64,000 bases of DNA from Dicyema japonicum (Eukaryota; Animalia; Dicyemida): positions 913,962 to 977,961 of the forward strand of contig RDEW01000018.1 in assembly GCA_011109175.1 (NCBI GenBank), read 5' to 3'. Under the pieces are notes generated by a model, which was given only the letters and a program-made list of their open reading frames with translations, did no database searches and was not told the DNA's origin. This document shows, piece after piece, positions 36,827 to 50,192 of the stretch. The position numbers and the translations under genes were made by a program. The stretch's first letter is position 1; the number at the start of each line of letters is the position of its first letter.

Positions 36827-39039
36827 CGTAATTCAAACCTCTTCCAATTTAACAAAAAGTCAATCATTTCGAAAAATTTGATTGTAGATAAAACCAATTT
36901 CTGAAATATAATATTTATTTTGTGTCGAATTAAATTAAGTGATGGGGGAAGTAATATGAAAAGGTAGGGCATGCCAACCGACTTCTACCCCGACAGTCTC
37001 CACCAAAAATCACAGGGTCATCTCTGAAGATATGTGGCAGATTCTTTAGTTCGATTTATGAAACCTTGAATAAGATTTTCGAAAGTTCCGGCAGCTTTGC
37101 AATTTTTTATCAAATCATAAGGAAATAGGAACGAGGATTTTCGATAGTTCCAGTAGCCTTGCCATTTTTATCAAATCATGGAAGAGACCTTATTATTGTC
37201 AATTTATTACTTTGTATTACCTAATTTATGTTGAATTGTCTGTCTTGTTTTCTTTGTCTCATTAATGGTTTATGTAAATTAGAGAGTCTGTCTTCCATGC
37301 ATTTAAGCTTAATTTCACATTCACTATTTGATGACGTTAGTTTGGCTGTCTTTTAGTAAATATTTATTAATTGCTCTCTCCTTATACAGAATATTCTCAT
37401 CTAATTTTGAGATACTCACACTCATGCAATCTACTGTTGTTTGCAAATCATTATTCTTTACCTCCAATCTATCAACCCCTCTTTTTTGATGTTCCAAACA
37501 TTTTTGTAATTCCTATAACTTTATATTAATTTTACTATTATTTCATTTTCCTTATTACTAATACATTCTTTACTACGTCGAATACTATCTTGTGCTTTTC
37601 TTAGAGTTTCATTGAGGTGATTAGTATATCTAATGACGATTCTATATTTTGCTGAATTTTTTTTTGACTTAGAAAAAAAGTTTTTAAAATAGAAGTCAGG
37701 TAAGTTGCCGCACTCACTGCGTGGCTGTTCCCTCTCAAAAATTGCGAGCGAAATTCGCTTCAAATAGCCAGCGGCGTTCACGGAGATCTCCAGTGCATGA
37801 GGTGATCCGGTTTCCAAGAGAAATCCTCTTTAGTGGATTTAATTCGAAACCAATTAGCTTGTTGCAGTTGAATCCTCGATGCTGGAAGCCAATAAGGAGA
37901 GATTATATTTACCCCGTGATAAATTTGGCTTTTGACTGTGTGGATTAGTCAAACTAAGTGAGCATATCCTTATGCGATTTTACTACACCCTGATATCTGG
38001 GAGAAGTGTTTCTGCTAGGAAGCACGCCATAATAACGACGGAGAAAACACGGGCAACCCACCTAGCCAATATCAGATTTTTTATGCTAATTATGGTGTTG
38101 ATGGTGGTGGGCTAGTAAATTTGAAGGCGTTGATCGAATTACAATATAATAGTTTGATGGAAAAAATCAATTTAAAAAGCCTTCATAAGGTCATCTTCAT
38201 ACCATCGGACAACCCACATGATGACTTTAAGTCGTCGACAACATGGTTAAAAATACGGTGACAGCTCACCTCGATCGGAGGTGTTGTAGACGTATGTGCA
38301 ATACATGCCCCCATGGTAAATTAAGGAGCATGTCGGTTGATCATTTAGCCACTTGGTGTATTCTCTGCCACGTCTATGTGTGGAGGAATAACTTGGTAGT
38401 AATGAGTCATCATCTTTTACTATGCATTAGGTATGGTATTCGCCACACCAGACAGTTGCGGACTCATAAGATGGAATCTGTAGCAGAGAACAGCAGGGTC
38501 CAAATTAAAGTGGCAGTATTATCGAACCTATAATATAAAATAAACCAGATCATCGAGCATTCTTTACTTCTCTTTAGCATAGGGTTAGGTGGAGGCTTAG
38601 CTTGTATCATAGTAGATAAGGAGTCTGGCCAAGTCCTTATCATAGAGGTAGGCATCACGTCTCAAGACCGTTTGCAGACTGTGGAAGTGGAGAAAAAAAA
38701 TAAGTATAACTTTCTTGTAAACGAGATCGGGCAGATGTTTGGTTGCAAAGGTCCTCGTTATTCCTATAGTAATGACATGGGAAGGAATGCAACAAAGTAC
38801 CACAAGGGTTATCTGAAGCAGTTGGAGGTAGATAGGAAGCTCCAGGCGTATCCACAGTCTACTGTGGTAAAGGGACCCTAGAGAGCCTGACATTGGAGTA
38901 TAAAAGGCAGAGCCCTGAGATCCCATATAGGCAGATGGTTCAATTGGACAAGGTGCTCTCGGAGTTGTTTCAGTAACCAGAATCGAACCTGCCTGAAGAG
39001 GCTGGGGAACAGGCAGTCGAGGAAGGTTGTTGATTATTA

Positions 39040-41757
39040 TTTATTTAAGCACTTCACGAGAGCCATTAATAATTATAGCCCAGCATGTGCAGCAAAAGAA
39101 ACAAGGTTAGATGTCATCCTTTTCCATGCTCCCCTGTTCATAGCCAAGGCTCTCATGCTGTCCAGGTCGTCGGCATTTATTTGATTTTTTTGATCTTGAC
39201 CAGGTCTTTTTGTAAGACTATTGGCAGTGTTGTTCTTGGTCTTCCACGATAGCGGCCTTCTTGACTAACATAGTATGTTTCCATAGATATGTTCGGTGGG
39301 GATGTTAATTCCATCCTCAGCACGTGTCCGAAGAGCTTCCATCGGGATTCCAGTACTTCTAAGCTGATAGGTCTAGTGCTGCATCTCTTATATAAAGCAT
39401 TCCTCGATATTCTCGTAGGCCAAGTAGTTCCAGTTATTTTTCTCAGCTGACCTCTGTGGAACGAGTCTAGTTTTTCCATATCCGCTGATGAGGTCGCCCA
39501 AGTTCCAGCGTTATATAAAAGTACGGGTTTTATGAATGAGTCGTATAATAGGATTCTCATTTTCGTGTCGATGCCTTTTTGATTGAGCCATAGATTCTTC
39601 AGTTTATATAACGCAGCATTGGCTAGAGTTTTCCTACGTAAAATATCTTCGCTATCTCCCATAAGTGAACCGAGTTTCTTTACTTGTCGCCACTTCTCTT
39701 CTAGGACGTTACTCATCCTTCTTATCTCTGTGAGTTCTGTTTTCTCTCTGTTCACAGTAAGAAACCATTTCCCTAGTACATCTGGTGCTTTTTCTAATAG
39801 GTTTTCCAGGACCTCTTTGTCTTCAGAAATTAGGTCTACATCGTCCGCGTAGATCACTTCTTCCGTCTTTCCTTGGTATACGGTCTAAGTTCCCTCATAG
39901 CGGCTTCCAAATAAATTGTGAATAGTAGAGGAGAAAGGGAGTCTCCTTGTGGAGTGCCCGTGTTTGTTTCAAATTTTCTTGAATAGGTTTTCCGACTCTC
40001 ACAAGGAGCTCAGTGTTAGAAAGTAGAATTCGGATCATCCTTAGACTCGATTCATCAAGAAATCCGCTCAGTACCCCCATTAATTTGTTCCTGTTAACCG
40101 TATCAAAAGCTCTTGATAAGTCAATTCCCAGAATATTGGTGGCGTTACGGTATCTTTGATATGTTGCACACCTCCATCTGTGACTCCATACCGCATCAGC
40201 TGTGGATCTCCCTTCTCGAAAACCACTTTGACTATCTGGTAGGTATTTGTAAGCAGATCCTTTTATTCGTTCAAGCACAATGTTTGCCAAGACTTTGCGT
40301 AATGAATTTAGTAGTATGATGGGTCGCAAATTTTCGATCGGTCCTCTGTTTTTGTTGGTTTTTTGTATGGGGATTAGTAGTCCCGTACCCAGAGGTAGAG
40401 TTGAGTTAGTTGAAAACATTTCATTTAGTAGTGTAGCGATTTTTTCAAAAAGGAGGTCAGGGCCGTATTTCAGTAGTTCTGGGTTTATCGCATCTGGTCC
40501 GGGGCTTCTGTTATTCTTGAGTTTTCGGCAGGCCGTTTTGATTTCCTCGGCCGTGATTGGTATCTCAAGGGGTCTTGGCCTTCCATCAAATGGGTGGATT
40601 TCTATGGTTTTGATGTTGAAAAGCTTCTCAAAGTGAGCCGCGATGGCTTCAGTTTGTTCTTTGGTGTTCAGTATTAGCTTACCGTTCTCGTCTTTTATGG
40701 TTAGTCGGCTTCGGTTTGTTCGCCGCAGTAAACGGGCAGCGACGTACACCTGTGCGTTGTCTTTCACTTTGTTTACTTCTTCTATACAGGAAGCTATTTC
40801 TTCTATGAAAAGCTTCTTGTTCAGACCCTTTATTTTTCTTCTGACACGTTGTCTTTCGCCTTGAAGGGCTTTTATCGCATTAGTGTCAGTGGCATTTGAT
40901 TTTCTCATATTTATTTCTTTTAGACTTTTCGCAAGCTCAGGAACATCTGGATGAATAGCCTTCAGGTGCATTTTACTATTCTCCCTTTTGCCAAGACATG
41001 CTTCAGCAGCTTCGTTGATGGTGTCCTTTGTGCGTTTCCAGGCGTCTTCTAGCGTGATATCCACCAATACGTCCTGCAAATTAGTCTGAATGTATTGTTG
41101 ATATCTCTCAGTAGTCTCCGGTTGAGAAATCAGCCTTTCAGTCGCGTAGTCGCCTCTGATTTTCTCAAATTCGTGATTTTTTGCATTCTTGTATTTAATG
41201 CCATGTTTTTTCAGGTTGAAGGTCGCAATTCAAATCCCAGCAATGAGTATTAGTGATGACGACTCATATTCGTTGTACGTCCGTAACAGTGTTGAATAGA
41301 AGTCGTCTAGTTCTGTTGGATCGTTCGTTACTCTCCGCAGTGTGGCGCATAAACATTTACAATTGTCAGAAAGCTCTTCGAAGGAGGTAAGTCGTATATA
41401 ACACAGATCCTGTCATTCACACTCCATATACGGTGGACTGCACTTGTCAACTTTGAGTGGATAGCAAATCCAAGTCCATAATGTTTTGAGTCGCTCGGCT
41501 GACATATAATTCGATATTCGCCAAAGTTTTCATCAAGGCTACAAGTAACTTTCGTCTCTTGTAGGCACCCAATAGATACGTCGTATCTCTCCAGGTCATC
41601 ACAGAGAATCTTCCTCGACCATGTCGTAGATAAGCCTCTAGCATTGAACGTAAGGACTTTTAGACGAGATGCATCGCTTTGTATCCATTGCCTTTTAGAC
41701 ATTTTCTCAATTGCGATCCAATCAAGAAACGAAGCACGTCACCACCTCACCAAAAAA
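39040..41757 (-). mobile_element. RTE-clade LINE, copy 2, with a ~310 bp deletion in the APE domain
   Basis: Near-identical to copy 1. The junction GGTCGCAAT|TCAAATCCC at ~41229 removes the equivalent of 33665-33977. Confidence 0.92.
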
Positions 41758-42542
41758 AATCGAACCTGCCTGAAGAGGCTGGGGAACAGGCAGTCGAGGA
41801 AAGTTGTTGATTATTAAATATATTAACTTTTTTTATTGTTTGTTAAATAAAGTGGGATCTATATTTTTGGTTCTGCTGAAATCTTATCCAAGTCAAGGAA
41901 GGCAAACTCGTTTAAAACACTGTGTTGATTTTACGTAGTAGATCCCCTACCATAGTCAGCAGGAAAACCTCAGGAATTTCCACACCCTTCGATACCTGTA
42001 CTGACTCACTTGGCACGATTGAGTTTCACGTTTTTCTTAGGAATCTTTAATTTCTCAACATTCAGATTATCAAAATTATCCAGATAATCCTCAACCCTAT
42101 CTGCCATATTACTTTTACCCTATCCGCCATAATACTTATTTGTTCCTTCAGTGATTCCAGCTCTGTCTGTTTCCAATCAATCATGGCAAAGATCTGCTTT
42201 TTCCATTTATGTGGTGGTCTGTGCTACTACGTTAACTCAACATAGGTGATCTGTTCTGAATACATCACATGGGAGATGTGACCCAGTCACCTTACTGGCT
42301 AGTATAGCAGGACTGACTCTGCCACTGCAGAGCTCCGCCAAATATGGCCAGCCATTCAAGAGCATCCAGGATAGAATGCTACTTTGGTATAGTTATATAT
42401 TATACTAAAGATAGCTTTTGTCCAAAGCGAGATCGATGTTCTGGAAGTGGTACAAGTATAAACGAATAAGATGTTCGAGAATACAAAAACTATAAGTAGA
42501 AAGTTTTTTCTATTTCTTTGAAAAATTTAAACATTATAAAAA

Positions 42543-42619
42543 TGGCCCTCGACCGGATTCGAACCGGCAACATAATAGTACGTCATACCACTGCTCTAAA
42601 CATTGGAGCTACGAGGACC
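42543..42619 (-). tRNA. Atypical tRNA-like gene, type 2 (loop ATGACGT, anticodon position GAC)
   Basis: As above; a T-run follows. Confidence 0.65.
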
Positions 42620-45600
42620 ATTTCTATTGTTCTATATTTCTATTAGCCTCTGCATATCAATATCCTTGGTATGATCTCCCTTTTTCCAATCTTGGATCCT
42701 CAATTAACGAAAAAGTAGTACATTCATCATGCCACGAAATGTACATTCAATAAAACTTTATTCGAGTTGCATGCCTCGTTGTGATTGTAGTGGTCGAAAA
42801 ACAAGACTCACTATCGAACAAAAAATGCAATATTGCGTTATAAGGACGACAACAACATATTATAATGCCAAAGAATTGCCATAAATTTTCTTTTTCTAAA
42901 GTGAACATTTGCCGGAAGACAGTTAACCTTATCTTAATATATCGCGAGTCAATTTTAAAAAAATTCAAATCTAAAAACTCTTCAACAAAAACAGTCAAAA
43001 ATTAAAAAGTTTCCGCAACCCATGATGAAAAGCTCGTTGAGTGAATGGATTTGATAGATTCAAAAGGTATTCTTAATGTTTTTAAATTTTAAAGTGTATT
43101 GTTGTACGATGTAAGGCAGAATCTCCAGTAAAACAGAATTCTTCGCTAAGAAATTTTTCTCGACTATTCAAAAACTCTTGTGGATTTTTATCCAAATTTA
43201 AGAAAAGGGATTAACATCGGATGAGGAAATTACATGGACAAATGTGCACACACAAAAAGTGTCGACATTAAAGGGTTTTTCAAAGAATTTCAAGAGGTTT
43301 TAAAATCATATACCTGGTGTCAGATTTATAACCTGGATTAAACTGAGAATTTTACAAGCTTATTCTATCCAGAAGTATCTGCCAACTCCATTCAAAAGAT
43401 AATAGAAATTCAAAGATAGAGTATCTGTGATGTTATTCTCAAATATGTTTGGAAATAATAAATTAAAGCCCTTTATTAATTGGAAAATCAAAAATGCCTA
43501 TGTGTTTCAAATAATATTATAATCGGTATTCTGCTTCTGGAAACTAGGGGACCTAGCGATCCTCTAAAATGACCACCTGTAGATTTGAATAGTTCTTATG
43601 AGTGGATCAAGGTCAAGATGATTAACATTGACATTACCAATCTCCAAAAGTTTTATGTTAAAAATACGAGAGGTAATCTCTTTGGAAAAGGGGGAGCCCA
43701 TTAAAATTAGATGTTCCTCATCAGCAATTTTTATTCGAACAAAAGTGTTTTAAGAGAACCGTCTTTTGTGTGTATGATATTCAAATTAATCGGATTTTAA
43801 AAGCAATATAGTTAAAATTTTAATCTATATTTAAACCAACTCAAAATATTAAGAAAAATCAAACTACTATTATTTCAAACGGGCAAACGAGTAAATTAAC
43901 ATTACCCATTTTAAAACATTGGAATATTTTCCATCTGTTTTATTATATTTCTTTGACGTTTTTTTATAAAAAAAACAAAGTAACTCCAATAATCGTAAGT
44001 ACTACAGCAGTGATGGCAACTCCCATAATTTTATAATTTTGTGAAAGACTATTAGTAGTCTCTCTTGTAGCTTCTTCACTTACAAAACACCCATAATCTA
44101 AAATCACCGTAATTCAAACCTCTTCCAATTTAACAAAAAGTCAATCATTTCGAAAAATTTGATTGTAGATAAAACCAATTTCTGAAATATAATATTTATT
44201 TCGTGTCGAATTAAATTAAGTGATGGGGGAAGTAATATGAAAAGGTAGGGCATGCCAACCGACTTCTACCCCGACAGTCTCCACCAAAAATCACAGGGTC
44301 ATCTCTGAAGATATGTGGCAGATACTTTAGTTCGATTTTTGAAACCTCGAATAAGATTTTCGAAAGTTCCGGCAGCTTTGCAATTTTTTATCAAATCATA
44401 AGGAAATAGGAACGAGGATTTTCGATAGTTCCACCAGCGTATTTTTATCAAATCATGGAAGAGACCTTATTATTGTCAATTTATTACTTTGTATTACCTA
44501 ATTTATGTTGAATTGTCTGTCTTGTTTTCTTTGTCTCTATTAATGGTTTATGTAAATTAGAAAGTCTGTCTTCATGCATTTAAGCTTAATTTCACATTCA
44601 CTATTTGATGACGTTAGTTTGGCTGTCTTTTTAGTAAATATTTATTAATTGCTCTCTCCTTATACAGAATATTCTCATCTAATTTTTTAGATACTCACAC
44701 TCATGCAATCTACTGTTGTTTGCAAATCATTATTCTTTACCTCCAATCTATCAACCCCCTCTTTTGATGTTCAAACATTTTTGTAATTCCTATAACTTTA
44801 TATTAATTTACTATTATTTCATTTTCCTTATTACTAATACATTCTTTACTACGTCGAATACTATCTTGTGCTTTTCTTAGAGTTTCATTGAGGTGATTAG
44901 TATATCTAATGACGATTCTATATTTTGATGATTTTTTTTGACTTAGAAAAAAAGTTTTAAAATAGAAGTCAGGTAGTTGCCGCACTCACTGTGGGGCTGT
45001 TCCTCTCAAAATTGCGAGCGAAATTCGCTCAAATAGCCAGCGGCGTTCACGGAGATCTCCAGTGCATGAGGTGATCCGGTTTCCAAGAAAAATCCTCTTA
45101 GTGGATTTATTCGAAACAATTAGCTTGTTGCAGTTGAATCCTCGATGCTGGAAGCCAATAAGGAGAGATTATATTTACCCCGTGATAAATTTGGCCTTTG
45201 ACTGTGTGGATTAGTCAAACTAAGTGAGCATATCCTTATGCGATTTTACTACACCCTGATAGCTGGGAGAAGTGTTTCTGCTAGGAAGCACGCCATAATA
45301 ACGACCGAGAAAACACGGGCAACCCACCTAGCCAATATCAGATTTTTTATGCTAATTATGGTGTTGATGGTGGTGGGCTAGTAAATTTGAAGGCGTTGGT
45401 CGAATTACAATATAATAGTTTGATGGAAAAAATCAATTTAAAAAGCCTTCATAAGGTCATCTTCATACCATCGGACAACCCACATGATGACTTTAAGTCG
45501 TCGACAACATGGTTAAAATACGGTGACAGCTCACCTCGATCGGAGGTGTTGTACACGTATGTGCAATACATGCCCCCATGGTAAATTAAGGAGCATGTCA

Positions 45601-46301
45601 GTTGATCATTTAGCCACTTGGTCCATGCTCTGCCACGTCTATGTGTGGAGGAATAACGTGGTAGTAATGAGTCATCATCTTTTACTATGCATTAGGTATG
45701 GTATTCGCCACACCAGACAGTTGCAGACTCATAAGATGGAATCTGTAGCAGAGAACAGCAGGGTCCAAATTAAAGTGGCAGTATTATCGAACCTATAATA
45801 TAAAATAAACCAGATCATCGAGCATTCTTTACTTCTCTTTAGCATAGGGTTAGGTGGAGGCTTAGCTTGTATCATAGTAGATAAGGAGTCTGGCCAAGTC
45901 CTTATCATAGAAGTAGGCATCACGTCTCAAGACCGTTTGCAGACTGTGGAGGTGAGAAAAAAAATGTATGACTTTCTTGTAAACGAGATCGGGCAGATGT
46001 TTGGTTGCAAAGGTCCTCGTTATTCCTATAGTAATGACATGGGAAGGAATGCAACAAAGTACCACAAGGGTTATCTGAAGCAGTTGGAGTTAGATAGGAA
46101 GCTCCAGGCGTATCCACAGTCTACTGTGGTAAAGGGACCCTAGAGAGCCTGACACTGGAGTATAAGAGGCAGAGCCCTGAGATGCCATATGGGCAGATGG
46201 TTCAATTGGACAAGGCGCTCTCGGAGTTGTTTCAGTAACCAGAATCGAACCTGCCTGAAGAGGCTGGGGAACAGGCAGTCGAGGAAGGTTGTTGATTATT
46301 A

Positions 46302-49300
46302 TTTATTTAAGCACTTCACGAGAGCCTTATTAATTATAGCCCCGCATGTGCAGCAAAAGAAACAAGGTTAGATGTCATCCTTTTCCATGCTCTCCTGTTC
46401 ATAGCCAAGGCTCTCATGCTGTCCAGGTCGTCGGCATTTATTTGATTTTTTTGATCTTGACCAGGTCTTTTTGTAAGACTATTGGCAGTGTTGTTCTTGG
46501 TTTTCCACGATAGCGGCCTTCTTGACTAACATAGTATGTTTCCATAGATATGTTCGGTGGGGATGTTAATTCCATCCTCAGCACGTGTCCGAAGAGCCTC
46601 CATCGGGATTCAGTACTTCTAAGCTGATAGGTCTAGTTCTGCATCTGTTATATAAAGCATTCCTCGATATTCTCGTAGGCCAAGTAGTTCCTGTTATTTT
46701 TCTCAGCTGACCTCTGTGGAACGAGTCTAGTTTTTCCATATCAGCTGATGAGGTCCCCCATGTTCCAGCGTTATATAAAAGTACGGGTTTTATGAATAAG
46801 TCGTATAATAGGATTCTCATTTTCGTGTCAATGCCTTTTTGATTGAGCCATAGATTCTTCAGTTTATATAACCCAGCATTGGCTAGAGTTTTCCTACGTA
46901 AAATATCTTCGCTATCTCCCATAAGTGAACCGAGTTTCTTTACTTGTCGCCACTTCTCTTTAGGACGTTACTCATCCTTCTTATCTCTGTGAGTTCTGTT
47001 TTCTCTCTGTTCACAGTAAGAAACCATTTCCCTAGTACATCTGGAGCTTTTTCTAATAGATTTTCCAGGACCTCTTTGTTTTCAGAAATTAGGTCTACAT
47101 CGTCCGCGTAGATCACTTCTTCCGTCGTTCCTTGCTATAACGGTCTAAGTTCCTCATAGCGGTTTTCAGATAAATTGTGAATAGTAGAGGAGAAAGAGAG
47201 TCTCCTTGTGGAGTGCCCGTGTTTGTTTCAAATTTTCTTGAATAGGTCTTTCCGACTTTCACAAGGAGCTCAGTGTTGGAAAGTAGAATTCGGTCATCCT
47301 TAGACTCGATTCATCAAGAAATCCGCTCAGTACCCCATTAATTTGTTCCTGTTAACCGTATCAAAACTCTTGATAGGTCAATTCCCAAATATTGGTGGCG
47401 TTACGGTATCTTTGATATGTTGCACACCTCCATCTGTGACTCCAGACCGCATCAGGCGTGGATCTTCCTTCTCGAAAACCACTTTGACTATCTGGTAGGT
47501 ATTTGTAAGCAGGTCCTTTTATTCGTTCAAGCACAATGTTTGCCAAGACTTTGCGTAATGAATTTAGTAGTATGATGGGTCGCAAATTTTCGACCGGTCC
47601 TCTGTTTTTGTTGGTTTTTTGTATGGGGATTAGTAGTCCCGTACCCAGAGGTAGACTTGAGTTAGTTGAAAACATTTCATTTAGTAGTGTAGCGATTTTT
47701 TCAAAAAGGAGGTCAGGGCCGTATTTCAGTAGTTCTGGGTTTATCGCATCTGGTCCGGGGCTTCTGTTATTCTTGAGTTTTCGGCAGGCCGTTTTGATTT
47801 CCTCGGCCGTGATTGGTATCTTAAGGGGTCTTGGCCTTCCATCAAATGGGTGGATTTCTATGGTTTTGATGTTGAAAAGCTTCTCAAAGTGAGCCGCGAT
47901 GGCTTCAGTTTGTTCTTTGGTGTTCAGTATCAGCTTACCGTTCTCGTCTTTTATGGTTAGTCGACTTCGGTTTGTTCGCCGCAGCAAACGGGCAGCGACG
48001 TACACCTGTGCGTTGTCTTTCACTTTGTTTACTTCTTCTATAGGAAGGCTATTTCTTCTATGAAAAGCTTCTTGTTCAGACCCTTTATTTTTCTTCTGAC
48101 ACGTTGTCTTTCGCCTTGAAGGGCTTTTATCGCATTAGTGTCAGTGGCATTTGATTTTCTCATATTTATTTCTTTTAGACTTTTCGCAAGCTCAGGAACA
48201 TCTGGATGAATAGCCTTCAGGTGCATTTTACTATTCTCCCTTTTGCCAAGACATGCTTCAGCAGCTTCGTTGATGGTGTCCTTTGTGCGTTTCCAGGCGT
48301 CTTCTAGCGTGGTATCCACCAATACGTCCTGCAAATTAGTCTGAATGTATTGTTGATATCTCTCAGTAGTCTCCGGTTGAGAAATCAGCCTTTCAGTCGC
48401 GTAGTCGCCTCTGATTTTCTCAAATTCGTGATTTTTTGCATTCCTGTATTTAATGGCATGTTTTTTCAGGGTGAAGGTCGCAATAACCATCTTGTGGTCG
48501 CTGACAGTCGTCGACCTTCATATGAACGTGCGTTTACTAGAAGGTGTTTGTCTTTAGCCCGGCATATGACATAATCGATTTGGTTGTATATTGGACCAGC
48601 TTTCCTTCTGAGTTCCTTCGCTTCCCCATCCACGTAGTTTTGTGGCAGGCAGGATGCGTAAATGCAGTATTGCATAGGAAAAGGTTGTTTGCCATACAAA
48701 AGTGACCAAGTATTGTCCCGGGTAAATTTCTTATTCCACGTCCATGTTCTCCCAAGAAAACATCATCCGGGTTATTCTTCATCCCGACTTTTGCATTCAA
48801 ATCCCAGCAATGAGTATTAGTGATGACGACTCATATTCGTTGTACGTCCGTAACAGTGTTGAATAGAAGTCGTCTAGTTCTGTCGGATCTTTCGCTACTC
48901 TCCCGCAGTGTGGCGCATAAACATTTACAATTGTCAGAAAGCTCTTCGAAGGAGGTAAGTCGTTTAGCCGGATTTGTATAACACAGATCCTGTCATTCAC
49001 ACTCCATATACGGTGGACTGCACTTGTCAACTTTGAGTGGATGGCAAATCCAAGTCCATAATGTTTTGAGTCGCTCGGCTGACATATAATTCGATATTCG
49101 CCAAAGTTTCATCAAGGCTACAAGTAACTTTCGTCTCTTGTAGGCACCCAATAGATACGTCGTATCTCTCCAGGTCATCACAGAGAATCTTCCTCGACCA
49201 TGTCGTAGATAAGCCTCTAGCATTGAACGTAAGGACTTTTAGACGAGATGCATCGCTTTGTATCCATTGCCTTTTAGACATTTTTCTCAATTGCGATCCA

Positions 49301-49332
49301 ATCAAGAAACGAAGCACGTCACCACCTCACCA
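46302..49332 (-). mobile_element. RTE-clade LINE, copy 3
   Basis: Near-identical to copy 1, with different indels. Confidence 0.92.
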
Positions 49333-50115
49333 AATCGAACCTGCCTGAAGAGGCTGGGGAACAGGCAGTCGAGGAAGTTGTTGATTATTAAATATATTAA
49401 CTTTTTTTATTGTTTGTTAAATAAAGTGGGATCTATATTTTTGGTCTGCTGAAATCTTATCCAAGTCAAGGAAGGCAAACTCGTTTAAAATACTGTGTTG
49501 ATTTTACGTAGTAGATCCTCTACCATAGTCAGCAGGAAAACCTCAGGAATTTCTACACCCTTCGATACCTGTATTGACTCACTTGGCACGATTGAGTTTC
49601 ACGTTTTTCTTAGGAATCTTTAATTTCTCAACATTCAGATTATCAAAATTATCCAGATAATCCTCTACCCTATCTGCCATATTACTTTTACCCATCCGCC
49701 ATAATACTTATTTGTTCCTTCAGTGATTCCAGCTCTGTCTGTTTCCAATCAATCATGGCAAAGATCTGCTCTTTCCATTTATGTGGTGGTCTGTGCTACT
49801 ACGTTAACTCAACATAGGTGATCTGTTCTGAATACATCACAGGGGAGATGTGACGCAGTGACCTTACTGGCTAGTATAGCAGTACTGAATCTGCCACTGC
49901 AGAGCTCCGCCAAATATGGCCAGCCATTCAAGAGCATCCAGGATAGAATGCTACTTTGGTATAGTTATATATTATACTAAAGATAGCGCTTGTCCAAAGC
50001 GAGATCGATGTTCTGGAAGTGGTACAAGTATAAACGAATAAGATGTTTCGAGAATACAAAAACTATAAGTAAAAGTTTTTCTATTTTCTTTTGAAAAATT
50101 TAAACATTAAAAAAG

Positions 50116-50192
50116 TGGCCCTCGACCGGATTCGAACCGGCAACATAATAGTACGTCATACCACTGCTCTAAACATTGGAGCTACGAAAACC
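50116..50192 (-). tRNA. Atypical tRNA-like gene, type 2 (GAC), acceptor 5' strand GGTTTTCG
   Basis: As above; two C>T changes still pair as G-U. Confidence 0.6.
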
